64,000 nucleotides of DNA from Octopus sinensis (taxonomy: Eukaryota), in NCBI RefSeq assembly GCF_006345805.1, contig NC_043003.1, positions 1,984,001-2,048,000 on the forward strand, in the 5' to 3' direction. A program made the position numbers and the translations under genes. Positions 52,966 to 64,000 of this stretch are shown here, in pieces (within the stretch, counting starts at the first letter, position 1; each line of letters opens with the position of its first letter). Below the pieces are notes generated by a model. It was not told the origin of the DNA, did not search any database, and was given only the letters and a program-made list of their open reading frames with translations.

Positions 52966-53857
52966 GTGAGTTTTTACTTTTTTTTTTAAGCACAGATTCT
53001 AATTAAAATATTTCAAAGTCATTTAACTTTATTGGTATTTTGCTAATTCATAATTTTGGATTACTGCATTCGGTTAATATCAATGAATGCAATCGCATTT
53101 AGAAAACCAATGGAATTCTACAGCTTGCCATTGTCTGTCTTGCAGCTCCTGCTGACCACTTTCTATTTCTCTCCCTCTCTTTTACTCCTGCTGAAGGATC
53201 TGCTTGGCTACACATGTAGTAATCCTCTTGTCCCCTAACATGAAGCTTCTCCCCCCCCCCCCCCTCACCCGGGGCTTATGTTTCTGCAAACTGCATGGCA
53301 ACTTCAATAATGCAAGTGGCACAAAAAAAAAAGCCCCCACTCCAAACTGTGAACTGTGGACACCAAGATGGGCATTCAACCGTAAAAACCATGCCAAAAC
53401 AGACATTTGGTGCTTGACGCATTGGACCTTGTCAAACCGTCCAACACATTCCTGCATGGAACATGGATGTCAAATGGTGATGATGATGATGATGATGCAA
53501 TTCCACGTAAGGTTTTGGTCAACTCAAGATTATGGTAGAAGAAATTCGTTCAAGATCTCACGTGATGGTGGTCAAACCTGGAACCACATGCCATGCTTTC
53601 TTAACCAACAGATGCAGAGTAAAACAGCCAACAGCCAACTGGATGAGTTGTAAGAGCTTCAGCTAGATTAACTTTTGGTGTTTGTTCTGATTCTGATGTC
53701 TGAGTTCAAACCCCACCAAGGTCAGCTTTGCCTTTCGTCCTTTTCATTATCATCATCATCATCAATCTTCACTCCCTCCATTTCTTTTGTAGGGGTTTAT
53801 TCCCTTATCCTTTCTTTAAACCCTTGGTAACTCACCCCACAAGGCATCAGGGCTTTG

Positions 53858-54228
53858 TTACCTCTGCCTTAGCGAAGGCGGAAGTATTGTTTTCAGTTGT
53901 ACTTGTTTGCTTGTTTGTTTGTCCCTTAGACAAGATATCTCAAGAACCGCTCGATGGATTCGGATGAAACTTCAAAGGAATGTTTGGCCTCGTGACTGGC
54001 ACCGACTGATTATATTTTGGGATCAATCTGGTACTGGACAAGGTTCTGAATTATTTTTCCGGTTTTTTTACTTAATTTTTGAGAGTGGTCAGGTTCATTT
54101 TTAGGATTCTCGTTTGTGAGAGCAATCGAGATTATTTCAGATATTCTCATTTTAAAAATCATCCCTGGCTAATCGTTGAAAGGACGTTGGTGTTGCCTTG
54201 GTGGAGGTTTGCACTCTCTGAGTGCTCT
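53858..54228 (+). mobile_element. Non-autonomous Helentron-type (DINE-1/HINE-like) element
   Basis: 5' TTACCTCTGCC with internal inverted GGCGGAAGT, a (GTTT)n microsatellite, and a 3' sub-terminal GGTGGAGGT followed by hairpin GCACTC-TCT-GAGTGC. Confidence 0.7.
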
Positions 54229-54867
54229 TATTATTACTATAGGGGTCATGGATTGTGTAGATCCACTCCCACTCTCTCTCATCCTTCAAACCTGTATTGG
54301 TCTCCTGCACCATGTGCCATGATGCCAGTAAGTTATCAGGACATACGGTTTGTACGAAGTTACCTTCTCTTAGATGAGTAGCTAAAGAACTGAAGGGCTT
54401 TGTCTGCTCCGAAACCATTGAGATGTCTGTGAGTAACCTTCTTTTGGAGACAATTCCTGTTGTTCTAAGCTTAAACAAATTGATGCCATAACATTAAAAA
54501 TTTGGTAATCTGAAATTATGAATGACTTTTATATTTTATTACATTTTTATTTATTTATTCATATTTTGTTACATGTTTTGGTTTGTCAAAGTCCTTTTGT
54601 CACCATTCACAACCTCAAACATAATTGATTAATTGACTGATTGACCAAAAGATTAATCAAACAATCAATGAGTTGACTGGTTAAATGATTAACCTACTGA
54701 CAAATAAATAATAAAGAAGTAAAGTACAACCAGTGCATGTATTTACTATTGGCACAATGACCCTCCCAAGATACACCAAAATCTGTTCACATCAAGAATC
54801 CTTGAAACAAAATCAAAAAACACTACACTCAAAAGTTTTACTCTAATATCATTTTGTTATTTTGCAG

Positions 54868-55007
54868 TTGTTGGGTGTTTCTACATCTTCCACATCCGCT
54901 ATTTCCTATATTCTGAACGATGGCATCATAGACACAGCCGTTGGAAACGGTGCCAGCCAACTGAAAATAAACCTAAATACATCAATGGGTGCGAAAATCG
55001 ATGTTTT
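54868..55007 (+). CDS. MTTP: MTTP exon 5 (LLGVSTSSTSAISYILNDG...GAKIDV)
   Basis: Acceptor ttattttgcag|, donor TT|GTGAGT, phase 0 to 2. Matches the MTP LGVS segment. Confidence 0.92.
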
Positions 55008-55466
55008 GTGAGTATAATTGGAGCTAAATTTAATTATTGAAATTTTCCCATTTAAATATGAATTTTACTGGTTGCCTCCTCCTCCTCCTAATCATAATCG
55101 TCATCATCATCATTCATCATCTGCCTTCCATGGTGGCATGGGTAGGACAGTATCATAAGAGCCGGCCAGGCTGAAGCCTGCACCAGACTTCTGTGACTGT
55201 TTTGGTAAGGTTTTTACAGCTGGATGCCCTTCCTAACACCAACCACTCAGCAGAGGGGACTGAGTGCTTGTTACGTGGCACAAGCACAGGCGAGGTTTTT
55301 ACAGCTGGATGTCCTGGGCCAAGAGGACAGGATTGGGGAGTGGGAGGTAAGCATAGTGCATCAAGTGGAAATTTCTAGAAGCAGGATTTTTTCTTTTACA
55401 TTACAAATTGTATTCAAATCCAATATATTTTATTATTTATATATTTTTCTTTTACTTTTTTTGTAG

Positions 55467-55555
55467 CCAAAAGTTAAAACTGACTGGTCAGGTGGAAACG
55501 AAGGAGAAAATGATAATTCCAGACCTTGATGAAGCAGAAAGTTTCTTAGACACCA
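55467..55555 (+). CDS. MTTP: MTTP exon 6 (QKLKLTGQVETKEKMIIPDLDEAESFLDT)
   Basis: Long polypyrimidine acceptor ...ttttgtag|, donor A|GTAAGT, phase 2 to 1. QKL-x-L motif. Confidence 0.88.
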
Positions 55556-55690
55556 GTAAGTCAATTACCTTTGATTAGGGGTTTATAGGTACTGAGATTC
55601 TTTTAATCTCTATCCCTTCTCCTGCCCTTCCCTCAGGTTGGGTAACCATGAGGGAACCTTGCAGCAGCACACCTGTTTTTCTATCTTCAT

Positions 55691-55930
55691 TCTCTCTCTC
55701 TCTCTCTCCAGGTAACCTTGTACCTCCTCTACTGCAAGACACCTGTTTCTGTCTCTCTCTCTCTCTCCAGGTAATCTTGTACCTCCTCTACAGCAAGACA
55801 CCTGTTTCTGTCTCTCTCTCTCTCTCCAGGTAATCTTGTACCTCCTCTACAGCAAGACACCTGTTTCTGTCTCTCTCTCTCTCCAGGTAATCTTGTACTT
55901 CTTCTACAGCAAGGCACCTGTATCTGTCTC
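55691..55930. repeat. 57-59-bp minisatellite, about 4 copies
   Basis: Unit (CT)nCCAGGTAATCTTGTACCTCCTCTACAGCAAGACACCTGTTTCTGT. Confidence 0.9.
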
Positions 55931-56541
55931 ACTATAACCTTTTCATCATCATCTCCTCCAATGCCTCCTCCCCTCTCAAAAGGTTTTTGTCTTGCAAGTT
56001 ACTTGGTGACCCTGTCAGAGTGGGTGCCACTTAAAAAGCACCCAGTCCACACTATAAAGTGGCTGGCATTTGGAAGGGCTTCCAGCTGTAAAAAACCTTA
56101 CCAAAACTGACCTCACCTGTGCTAGTGCCACGTAAAATGCACTGAGTCCACTCTGCTGAGTGGTTGGTGTCAGGAAGGGCATCCAGCCATAAAAACCTTG
56201 CCAAAACGGTCACAGGAGTCTGGGGCAGGCTTTTGCCTGGCCAGCTCCTGTCAAACCATCCCACCCATGCCAGCATGGAAGGTGGACGTTAAACGCTGAT
56301 GATGATGATACATTTAAACAGCTCATATTGATAATATATTTATTATAGAGCAGCTTCTGTTGTGTAAACCGAATTTATTCTACTTATGCAGGCATGGCTG
56401 CATGGTAAGAAGTTTTCCCAACCGCATGGTCCCAGGTTCAATCCCATTGTGTGGCCCACTCAAGAAGTGTCTTCTACTACAGCCTCAGGCCAACCTTTAT
56501 GACTAGATTTGGTAGACAAAACCCGGAAGAAGCCTGCTGTG

Positions 56542-56597
<56 letters not shown>

Positions 56598-57536
56598 TCC
56601 TCCACCATGGCGTGACAACTGTGTTGGTGTGTTTAGATGCCTGTTACTTAGCAGTTTGGCAAAAGAGACCGAGAAAATAAGTACCAGGCTTTGTAAAATG
56701 AACGAGTACTGGAAGTCAGTACATTCAATTAAAAATTCTTCGAGGCATTGCTCCAGCATGGCCACTGTCTAATTACTGAAACAGGTAAAAAATAAAAGAC
56801 AAAAGAAATAAATAAAACTGTTTTAGTTAAATCATCATCATCATCATCATTGTTTAATGTCTGCTCTCCATGCTGGCATGGGTTGGACGGTTTGACTGAG
56901 GACTGGCAAGCCAGGAGGCTGCACCAGGCTCCAATCTGATTTGGGAAAGTTTCTACAGCTGGATGCCCTTCCTAACGCCAACCACTCCGAGAGTGTAGTG
57001 GGTGCTTTTTACATGTCTCTGGCATGGGAGCCAGTGAGGCAGTACTGGCATCGACCACGCTTGAATGGTGTTTTTCATGTGCCCTTGGCACAGGAGCCAG
57101 TCAGGTGCCACTGGCATTGACCACACTTGGATGATGCTTTTTACGTGCCACCAGCAAGGGAGTCAGTCAGGTGGAACTGGCATAGGTGCCAGTCACACAG
57201 CACTGGCATTGGCCACGCTCAAATGGTGCTTTTTACATGCCACTGGCACAGGTGCCAGTCAGGCAGCACTGGCATTGGTCATGCTCGGATGATGCTTTTT
57301 ATGTGCCACTAGCATGGGAGTCAGTCAGGTGGCACAAGCATCAGCCATGCTTGAATGGTACTTTTTATGTGTTACTGGCACAGGAGCCAGTCAGGTGGCA
57401 CTGGCATTGGCTATGCTTGAATGGTGCTTTTTCCGTGCCACTGCATGGGTGCCAGTCAGGATAAATTTCAATCTTAGTTTAGAACAGATTGTTCTCTTCT
57501 GGTTTCTTTTGACCATTTTCCAATATTTATTTACAG

Positions 57537-57613
57537 AAATGGGCTACGATCATATTATTTCACTTTTACCAAGCAGCAGAGAGATCCAGCATTGTACTCA
57601 GGGTTGTATATCA
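57537..57613 (+). CDS. MTTP: MTTP exon 7 (MGYDHIISLLPSSREIQHCTQGCIS)
   Basis: Acceptor ttatttacag|, donor TCA|GTAAGT, phase 1 to 0. HC..GC motif like MTP HCKGC. Confidence 0.87.
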
Positions 57614-57642
57614 GTAAGTTCTTTGAAGAATATTTCAACAAG

Positions 57643-58456
57643 TTCATCATCATCATCATCATCATCATTTAGCGTCCGTTTTCCATGCTAGCATGGGTTG
57701 GACGGTTCTACTGGGGTCTGTGAAGCCAGAAGGCTTCATCAGGCCCAGTCAAATCTGGCAGTGTTTCTACGGCTGGATGCCCTTCCTAACGCCAACCACT
57801 CCGTGAGTGTAGTGGGTGCTTTTTACGTGCCACCCGCACTGGTGCCAGACAGAGCTGGCAAACGGCCACGAACGGATGGTGCTTTTTATGTGCCACCGGC
57901 ACGAGGGCCAGGCGAGGCTGGCAACGGACACGAAACGGGGCGGTGCTGGCAACGGTCGCGAAACGGAAAGTTCTCTTACATGCCACCGGCACTGGTAACA
58001 CATCTGCAATTTCCATTGATCGATTTCGATTCTGATCCTCACTTGCCTCAATGGGTCTTCACAAGCAGAGTTTCGACATGCCACTGGCACTGGTAGCACA
58101 TCCGCAATTTCCATTGATCGATTTCGATTCTGATCCTCACTTGCCTCAACACGTCTTCACAAGTAGAGTTTTGTGTCCCAAGAAGGGAAGGTATGCATAC
58201 GTAGGCTGGCTCCATCCCATGTAGAAGGCCACGGGTTGTGGACTCACTTGTCCTGCCGGGTCTTCTCGCGCACAGCACACTTCCAGAGGTCTCGGTCTCT
58301 AGTCATTTCCTCAGTGAGACCTAAAGTTCGAAGGTCGTGCTTCACCACCTCGTCCCAGGTTTTCCTGGGTCTGCCTCTTCCACAGGTCCCCTCAACCGCT
58401 AGGGTGTGGCACTTTTTCACACAACTATCTTCATCCATTCTCGCCACATGACCACA
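57643..58456 (-). mobile_element. RTE LINE 3' fragment with (GAT)n tail
   Basis: ORF 58244-58471 GHVARMDEDSCVKKC...GRGRPRKTWDEVV, with a 3' UTR like 16521-18570. Confidence 0.87.
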
Positions 58457-60172
58457 TAAAACGGAAAACATGCAAGAACATTGAGAATTATTTTGAAAAC
58501 TATAAGAGAACTTTGGAATCTATGTTTTGTTTTTTTGTTTTTAATTGTTTCAGTCATCATTGGATGGTGGCCATGCTGGGGCACTGCCTTGAAGAATTTC
58601 TAGTCAAACAAATCAAACCCAGTACTTATTGTTTTTTTAAGTCTGGCACTTATTTTATCATTCTCATTTACCAAACTGCTATGTTACAGGGTTGTAAACA
58701 AACCAACACTAAGATTGGGATGGGGGGCAAACAAATACACACACACATGCACAGCTGGCTTCCACACAGTTTCTGATTGCCAAATCCACTCCCAGGGCAT
58801 TGGTCAGCCCAGGGCTATAGTAGAAGACACTTGCCCAAGGTGCTGTGCTGTGGAATTGAAACCAGAACCATGTGGTTGCAAAGTGAACTCCTTGATCACA
58901 CAGCCACGGAACTGTATTTTTTCTATGGTATTTGGCTCTCAAGAGTTGGCACTGGTAATTCCAAAGGTGACGCCTTAGCAGAGAATATCTTTGAAAACTA
59001 AATTCTGTTTTTATATTATCATCATCATATACTTCTCCATCCTTTGTTCTCTACTTATCCCTTCTTCCACCTTAAAAATTGTTACCTATTTTATCTTGAT
59101 AACAACAAGTGAACTTTGTTCACGCCTCTTTGCATTTGTGGTACATCATCATCATTGTCATCATTATCATTCTAATGTCAGATGGAATGTGTTGAGGCAT
59201 ATTTTCTACAGCTGGGTGCCTTTCCTGTCACCAACCCTCACTTGTTTCCTTGTCAGGTAATATGTCCTCATGACCAGACATGTTTTTATGGAGATTGGAG
59301 ATGAAGGACACTGCTTACAGGATGGTGACATGCGATGTCAAGGCAAGCTGACACTAACACACACACACACGACTACAACTGGCATAAAGCCACCGTCTCC
59401 TCTCAAATACTTCCAAACATGCTCTTAGACAAGGAAGATTTGATATTTCTTCTTTCTTTCTTAGTCTTGTGAGTTACTTAGAGATCCCACTTGCGTCAGT
59501 GTCACCAAAAACAAGCACTCAATACATTACGTAAAGTGGGTGGCATGAGGGTGGGCATTCAGCTGTAGAAACCATGGCTAGGGCTGACATTGGAGCTTGA
59601 CATGGTTACAGCTTGCTGGATCTTGTCAAACCATCCAGCCCATAGCCCGTATCACCATGGAAAACATATGTTAAATGATGGTGGTGAACGTCTGCTTTCC
59701 ATGCTGGCATGGGTTGGACGGTTTGACTGAAAACTGGTAAGCTGGAGAGCTGCGCCAGGTTTCAGTCTGGTTTGGCATGGTCATCTACAGCTGGATGCCC
59801 TTCCTGATGCCAACCACTCCAAGAGTGTAGTAAGTGCTTTCTACGTGTCACTGGCACCATAACATCGACATCGGCCATGACTACAATTTCACTTGGCTCA
59901 ACAGGTCTTCTCAAGCACGGTAAAGGTCTCGGTCACTTGTCACTGCCCCCATGAGGCCCAATGTCCAAACAGTGCTCTTTACACACCACCAGCACGGTTG
60001 CCAGTTACACGACACCAGCATTGGCCATCACTGCAATTTCACTTGGCTTGATGGGTCTTCTCAAGCACGGCATGTTTTATCTTTTTAGATTCTGTTTTTG
60101 GTTTTAGTTGTACAATAAATGAAATGTCTTTTTAACGTGAATTACTCTCTTTTGCTTCTGTTTCTTGTGTAG

Positions 60173-60333
60173 CCTTTGGATTTGCTGAGTAAAGTGAAAG
60201 AGGTTTTAAGGAAGGAACAACTTTCCACACTGGCATCCGCATCTGCATTCTTGGAATATGTCCGTTCATTTAGAAACCAAGGGAAAGAAATTATTTTACA
60301 AACCCTGACACACGCAGACAGTTATTATATTGT
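60173..60333 (+). CDS. MTTP: MTTP exon 8 (PLDLLSKVKEVLRKEQLSTLASASAFLEYVRSFR...SYYI)
   Basis: Acceptor tttcttgtgtag|, donor GT|GTAAGA, phase 0 to 2. Start of the helical domain. Confidence 0.9.
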
Positions 60334-60535
60334 GTAAGAAACAAATATTTTCATCTTTTGCTAGCTTCATTCATTGGACTGCAGCCATGCTTAGGCACCA
60401 CCTTGAAGAGTTTATCACTTATTTAATGTCTGGTACTTATTTTATTGTCTCTTTTGGGAAACCATTCTTTTAGGAGTACGTAAACTAAACAACACTGGTT
60501 GTGAAGCAGTGGTGGGAAACAAACAAAGAAACAGG

Positions 60536-60577
<42 letters not shown>

Positions 60578-61258
60578 TATATATAGTAAATAGCTGTTTA
60601 CTGGTCAAAAATAATTTTCTCCTCATAGTTCCTGGATTCTTACAGATTCAAGCTAACTAAGTTGTCTACAAATTCTTCTGTATTTGGTCACTTTAGAACC
60701 CCCTCCCTCTAAGTTGTCACAGTATCCTCTATATAGGCGCCTTTTCTTTTCTCCCTTCCTCCCCTTTTTTTCTTTTTCTTTTCCTTTTTCTTTTTTCTTC
60801 TTTTTTTCTTTTTCTTTTTCTTTTCCTTTCTTCTTCTTCTCCTTTTTCTTTTTCTTTTTTCCTTCTCTCTTTTCTTTTTTCTTTTATCTTCTTTGCTCCA
60901 CAAATAAATTCCTTCAGCTTTTAGAAATCTTAACATAGCAGTTTTGCATGGAGAGCAGTAAATGTGGCAAATACCTTATCATATAGCATGAAATGATTGT
61001 GGATTAACAATGGTTAAATTCATCGTCTGTGAGTATGAAATTCCTCCTCATATCGCTGGAAATTTAAATCTTCGCTACGGATTAATTCACCTTTTCTGTG
61101 AAGCTAATAAGTTTTTAAAAACCTGTGATAAGTCTGTGCATCATCATTAAGGAACTTTGGAAAACTGTTTACAACCTATATCTGCCTCTAATGGAACTAT
61201 CTCCAATATTTCATGAGTATAACCTCACCCACTAAGATGTCTAGAGAACTCAAATGTA

Positions 61259-61349
61259 TTTTAGCTGATGAGTACGGGACACTTTTATCTGCTGCAATTT
61301 TTGCAACTTGTAATAAAGCCTGTCTTTGTATGAAACAATTGTACTAAAA
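61259..61349 (+). ncRNA. Type I hammerhead ribozyme motif with an intact core, in MTTP intron (sense strand)
   Basis: TTTTAG-CTGATGA-GTAC...GTAT-GAAA-CAATTG-TA-CTAAAA. Perfect 6-bp stem I, canonical core, long stem II, palindromic stem III ACAATTGT. Confidence 0.8.
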
Positions 61350-61380
61350 ACTAATCCATTCTTGTTGCTTCTTTCTCGTT

Positions 61381-61474
<94 letters not shown>

Positions 61475-61625
61475 CACTATTACACATAGATGCTTCACGC
61501 TAGGAGGAAGTTTTGACTTTAAGAGTCCCTCCGAGCATGAGGCATCGAAGTGTAATAATGCCCTCTATATAATATAAATAAATAAATTTAAAGGGAAAAG
61601 ATTGATGATTTTTTTCCCTATATAT

Positions 61626-61676
<51 letters not shown>

Positions 61677-62194
61677 ATATATATTGTGACAGGCTTCCTG
61701 CAGTTTCTATCAACCCAATTCACTTTTACAGGTGAAATGTTTCTATGCAATTGACAGTGTCTACTTGGTGCTGATGATGTGCAATGACTCAGAAATCCGG
61801 ATTTGGCAAGCTGACTGCTGCTGCTATATTTCTGTGCTCTTTAGCACTGTAGGTTTCTAAAAGAAGCTTTCGCAAGATAAATACCGTAGTTTAGTAGCTT
61901 ACTACAGTATATCGACATTAAGTAAGACACACAGAATATACATATGTATATATATATATATACATACACGGAGCCACCCATGCTAGCATGGAAGGCGGGT
62001 GTTAAACGATGCTGATAATGATGCTGGTGTATATACATACATACATATGTTCAAATTAATGAGTTATCATTTAAATCCTAATTAACGTGAAATGCTTTAA
62101 ACGTTCATTTTGCTCTGTTCAAACAATGTTGATAATAATATTGACTAATTAACTTTTCTCCTCGTTATTTTAAAATAGTTTCTTTTGTTTTTAG

Positions 62195-62360
62195 CCCCCA
62201 ATTAATTGACATTGCCAGTGCTGCCCAATCAAAAGGATCTCACAAAGCCATTATGGAGCTTCTCAATTTTGAAGGGGACCACACGGATTACCCAGAGCGC
62301 TATCTCTTTACGTTAGCTTATGCGACCAAACCTGCCAAATTCATTCTGAATAATTTCTTG
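62195..62360 (+). CDS. MTTP: MTTP exon 9 (PQLIDIASAAQS...PERYLFTLAYATKPAKFILNNFL)
   Basis: Acceptor tttgtttttag|, donor TTG|GTAAGG, phase 2 to 0. Strong resemblance to MTP LPQLVDAVTSAQT...ERFLYACGFASHP. Confidence 0.95.
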
Positions 62361-63480
62361 GTAAGGACGATGAAGCAATATCATATTTTCTTTTTATTTT
62401 GTTTTTATCGTTGTTATCTAGATGTTATCAATGTGTGTATATATATATGTGCGTGTGTGTATATACAGACATACATACAGACAGAGGGGTTTCCACACGA
62501 TTTCCATCTACCGAATTCACTTACAATGCATCATTTGGCTTGGTGAAGGTGCCACGTAATGGGAAAGAACTCAAAACCCTATGACTGCAAAGCAAACCTC
62601 TTTACCACACAGCCATGTCATATATACATCCATAAACATACATATGTACACACACACACACACATCCTGGGATATGTAACACACTGCCTAAATACCAATC
62701 TTGAGAAATTAGACTTTTCAAAACCAGAAAGGAGAAAGCTAATTTGAAGACTACAGATCCAATCCATCACTGGAACTGTAAAAATCTTTGAAACTTTCCT
62801 GAAGTTTATCATTTAAATATATATGAGCATGTCTAGATATGTGGCTATATGCATGAGAATACATATATAAAACAAAACACACAAATCTGTGCATATACAT
62901 ATATACATATTTACAAAAATACCCTGCTGTTGATGTTGAAATTCCAATGAAGGAGCCTTGAATCAAAGTTAGAAACTGGTTCTTTCTCTTTTGGCAAGAA
63001 ATCTTGAAATAAAACTGAACAATCACATACACACATACATACAAGCATGTATGCATACATACGTACGTACATACGTCCGTCTGTCCATCCATCCATCTAT
63101 GCTTGACCAAAGAAGACCTAAGGTCAAAATGACAATAACAACAACATAATTCTAAAATTGTTTTCACTGCTGGGCACCACATAAAAGGTGCCCAGTGCCA
63201 CTCTGTAAAGTGGTTGGCATTAAGAAGGGCATCGTGCCATACAAATCTTACCAAAACAGACAATTGGAACCGGGTACAGCTCTCCGGCTTGCCAGCTCCA
63301 GTCAAACCGTTCAACCCATGGAAAACAGATGCCAAACAATGATGATGATGATGATTATGATATTGAATTGTAATTCTTTTTTAATTCATCTTTATTTGAT
63401 AATAAATAATATATTTCATTATTGTCCATAAATTGTCAACAGATTCATATTTAAACTCAAAATGTTTAACTTTATTCCAG

Positions 63481-63591
63481 AAAATATATAAGAAAAAAAT
63501 AGCAAACAAGAATTTGAAAGAAAGCGTTGGTTTGACCCTTGGCGCTTTGATGTTCACATATTGTTTGGTACCGAGTCAATGTGAGGAAAAT
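63481..63591 (+). CDS. MTTP: MTTP exon 10 (KIYKKKIANKNLKESVGLTLGALMFTYCLVPSQCEEN)
   Basis: Acceptor tttattccag|, donor AAT|GTAAGT, 37 codons. Has the E-x-V-x-x-x-x-G-x-L and paired-Cys pattern of MTP. Confidence 0.88.
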
Positions 63592-64000
63592 GTAAGTAAA
63601 TAAAGATGCTATTTATGTGGCAGATAAATGTCGTGGGTGAGTGGAGAGGCACAGGAAGGATTGGATGATGGTTAAGAAGGTTGCTTTTAAAACCTCTTGG
63701 CTTTGGGGTCCAGTCTCATTCTGTGGCACTTTGTTAATATTAATGTAGCCCTGGGCCAGCCAAAGCTTTGTGAAGCCCATCATGTGTGTGGGTGTGTTGC
63801 CCCCCCCCCCACTGCTTGACATCTAGGGTTGGTGTATTTACATCCCTGTAACTTAGCAGTTCGGCAAAAGACACCAATAGAATAAGTACCAGGTTTTATA
63901 AGTATAGGTAATGGGGTCAGTTCATTCAACCAAAAATTCTTGAAAGTGGTGCCCCAGCATGGCCAGTAAAAGACAGAAGAGTATCTGAAAGCAGTCAGCT

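Larger units (their letters stand above)
24731..63591 (+). other. MTTP: MTTP gene locus (5' part, about 437 codons in this window; continues past the window end)
   Basis: Ten GT-AG exons join in a stop-free frame (73+170+207+117+140+89+77+161+166+111 = 1311 nt). The protein has a vitellogenin-N/lipid-transfer-like N-terminus with MTP hallmarks: NFKKGIINLFQ, LDISGNCSVKY, HCTQGC, PQLIDIASAAQS, ERYLFTLAYATKP. Confidence 0.93.

Noticed and set aside
60709-60936. Lys/Arg-rich ORF
   Set aside because: Translation of an intronic polypyrimidine low-complexity tract.

Overview
AT-rich, repeat-saturated animal genomic DNA. The SINE, RTE and microsatellite content looks like an octopus or other coleoid cephalopod (inference). 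Nearly all ORFs in the supplied track are microsatellite or transposon artefacts. The one host gene I can support is the 5' half of a + strand microsomal triglyceride transfer protein large subunit gene (MTTP). I assembled it by hand from GT-AG exons at 48307-48476, 51186-51392, 52849-52965, 54868-55007, 55467-55555, 57537-57613, 60173-60333, 62195-62360 and 63481-63591; the phases join into one open frame and the gene continues beyond the window. Two different signal-peptide-like first exons (24731-24803 and 43203-43272) both end in phase 1 and splice in frame to exon 2, which suggests alternative promoters and N-termini. The distal one has an HNF4-type DR1 motif upstream. The rest is transposon debris: maT/Tc1-like, mariner, Chapaev3-like, CR1, RTE, R4/Dong-like, a Helentron-type element, tRNA-derived SINEs, and a Penelope-like GIY-YIG endonuclease relic. 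The most striking non-coding signal is a set of type I hammerhead ribozyme motifs (best at 61259-61349 +, 39308-39395 -, 15714-15751 -) and many fold-back hairpin elements lodged in (TA)n tracts, probably derived from Penelope-like elements. A 25-bp tandem array at about 4980-5889 arose from inside an RTE ORF and is not a CRISPR.
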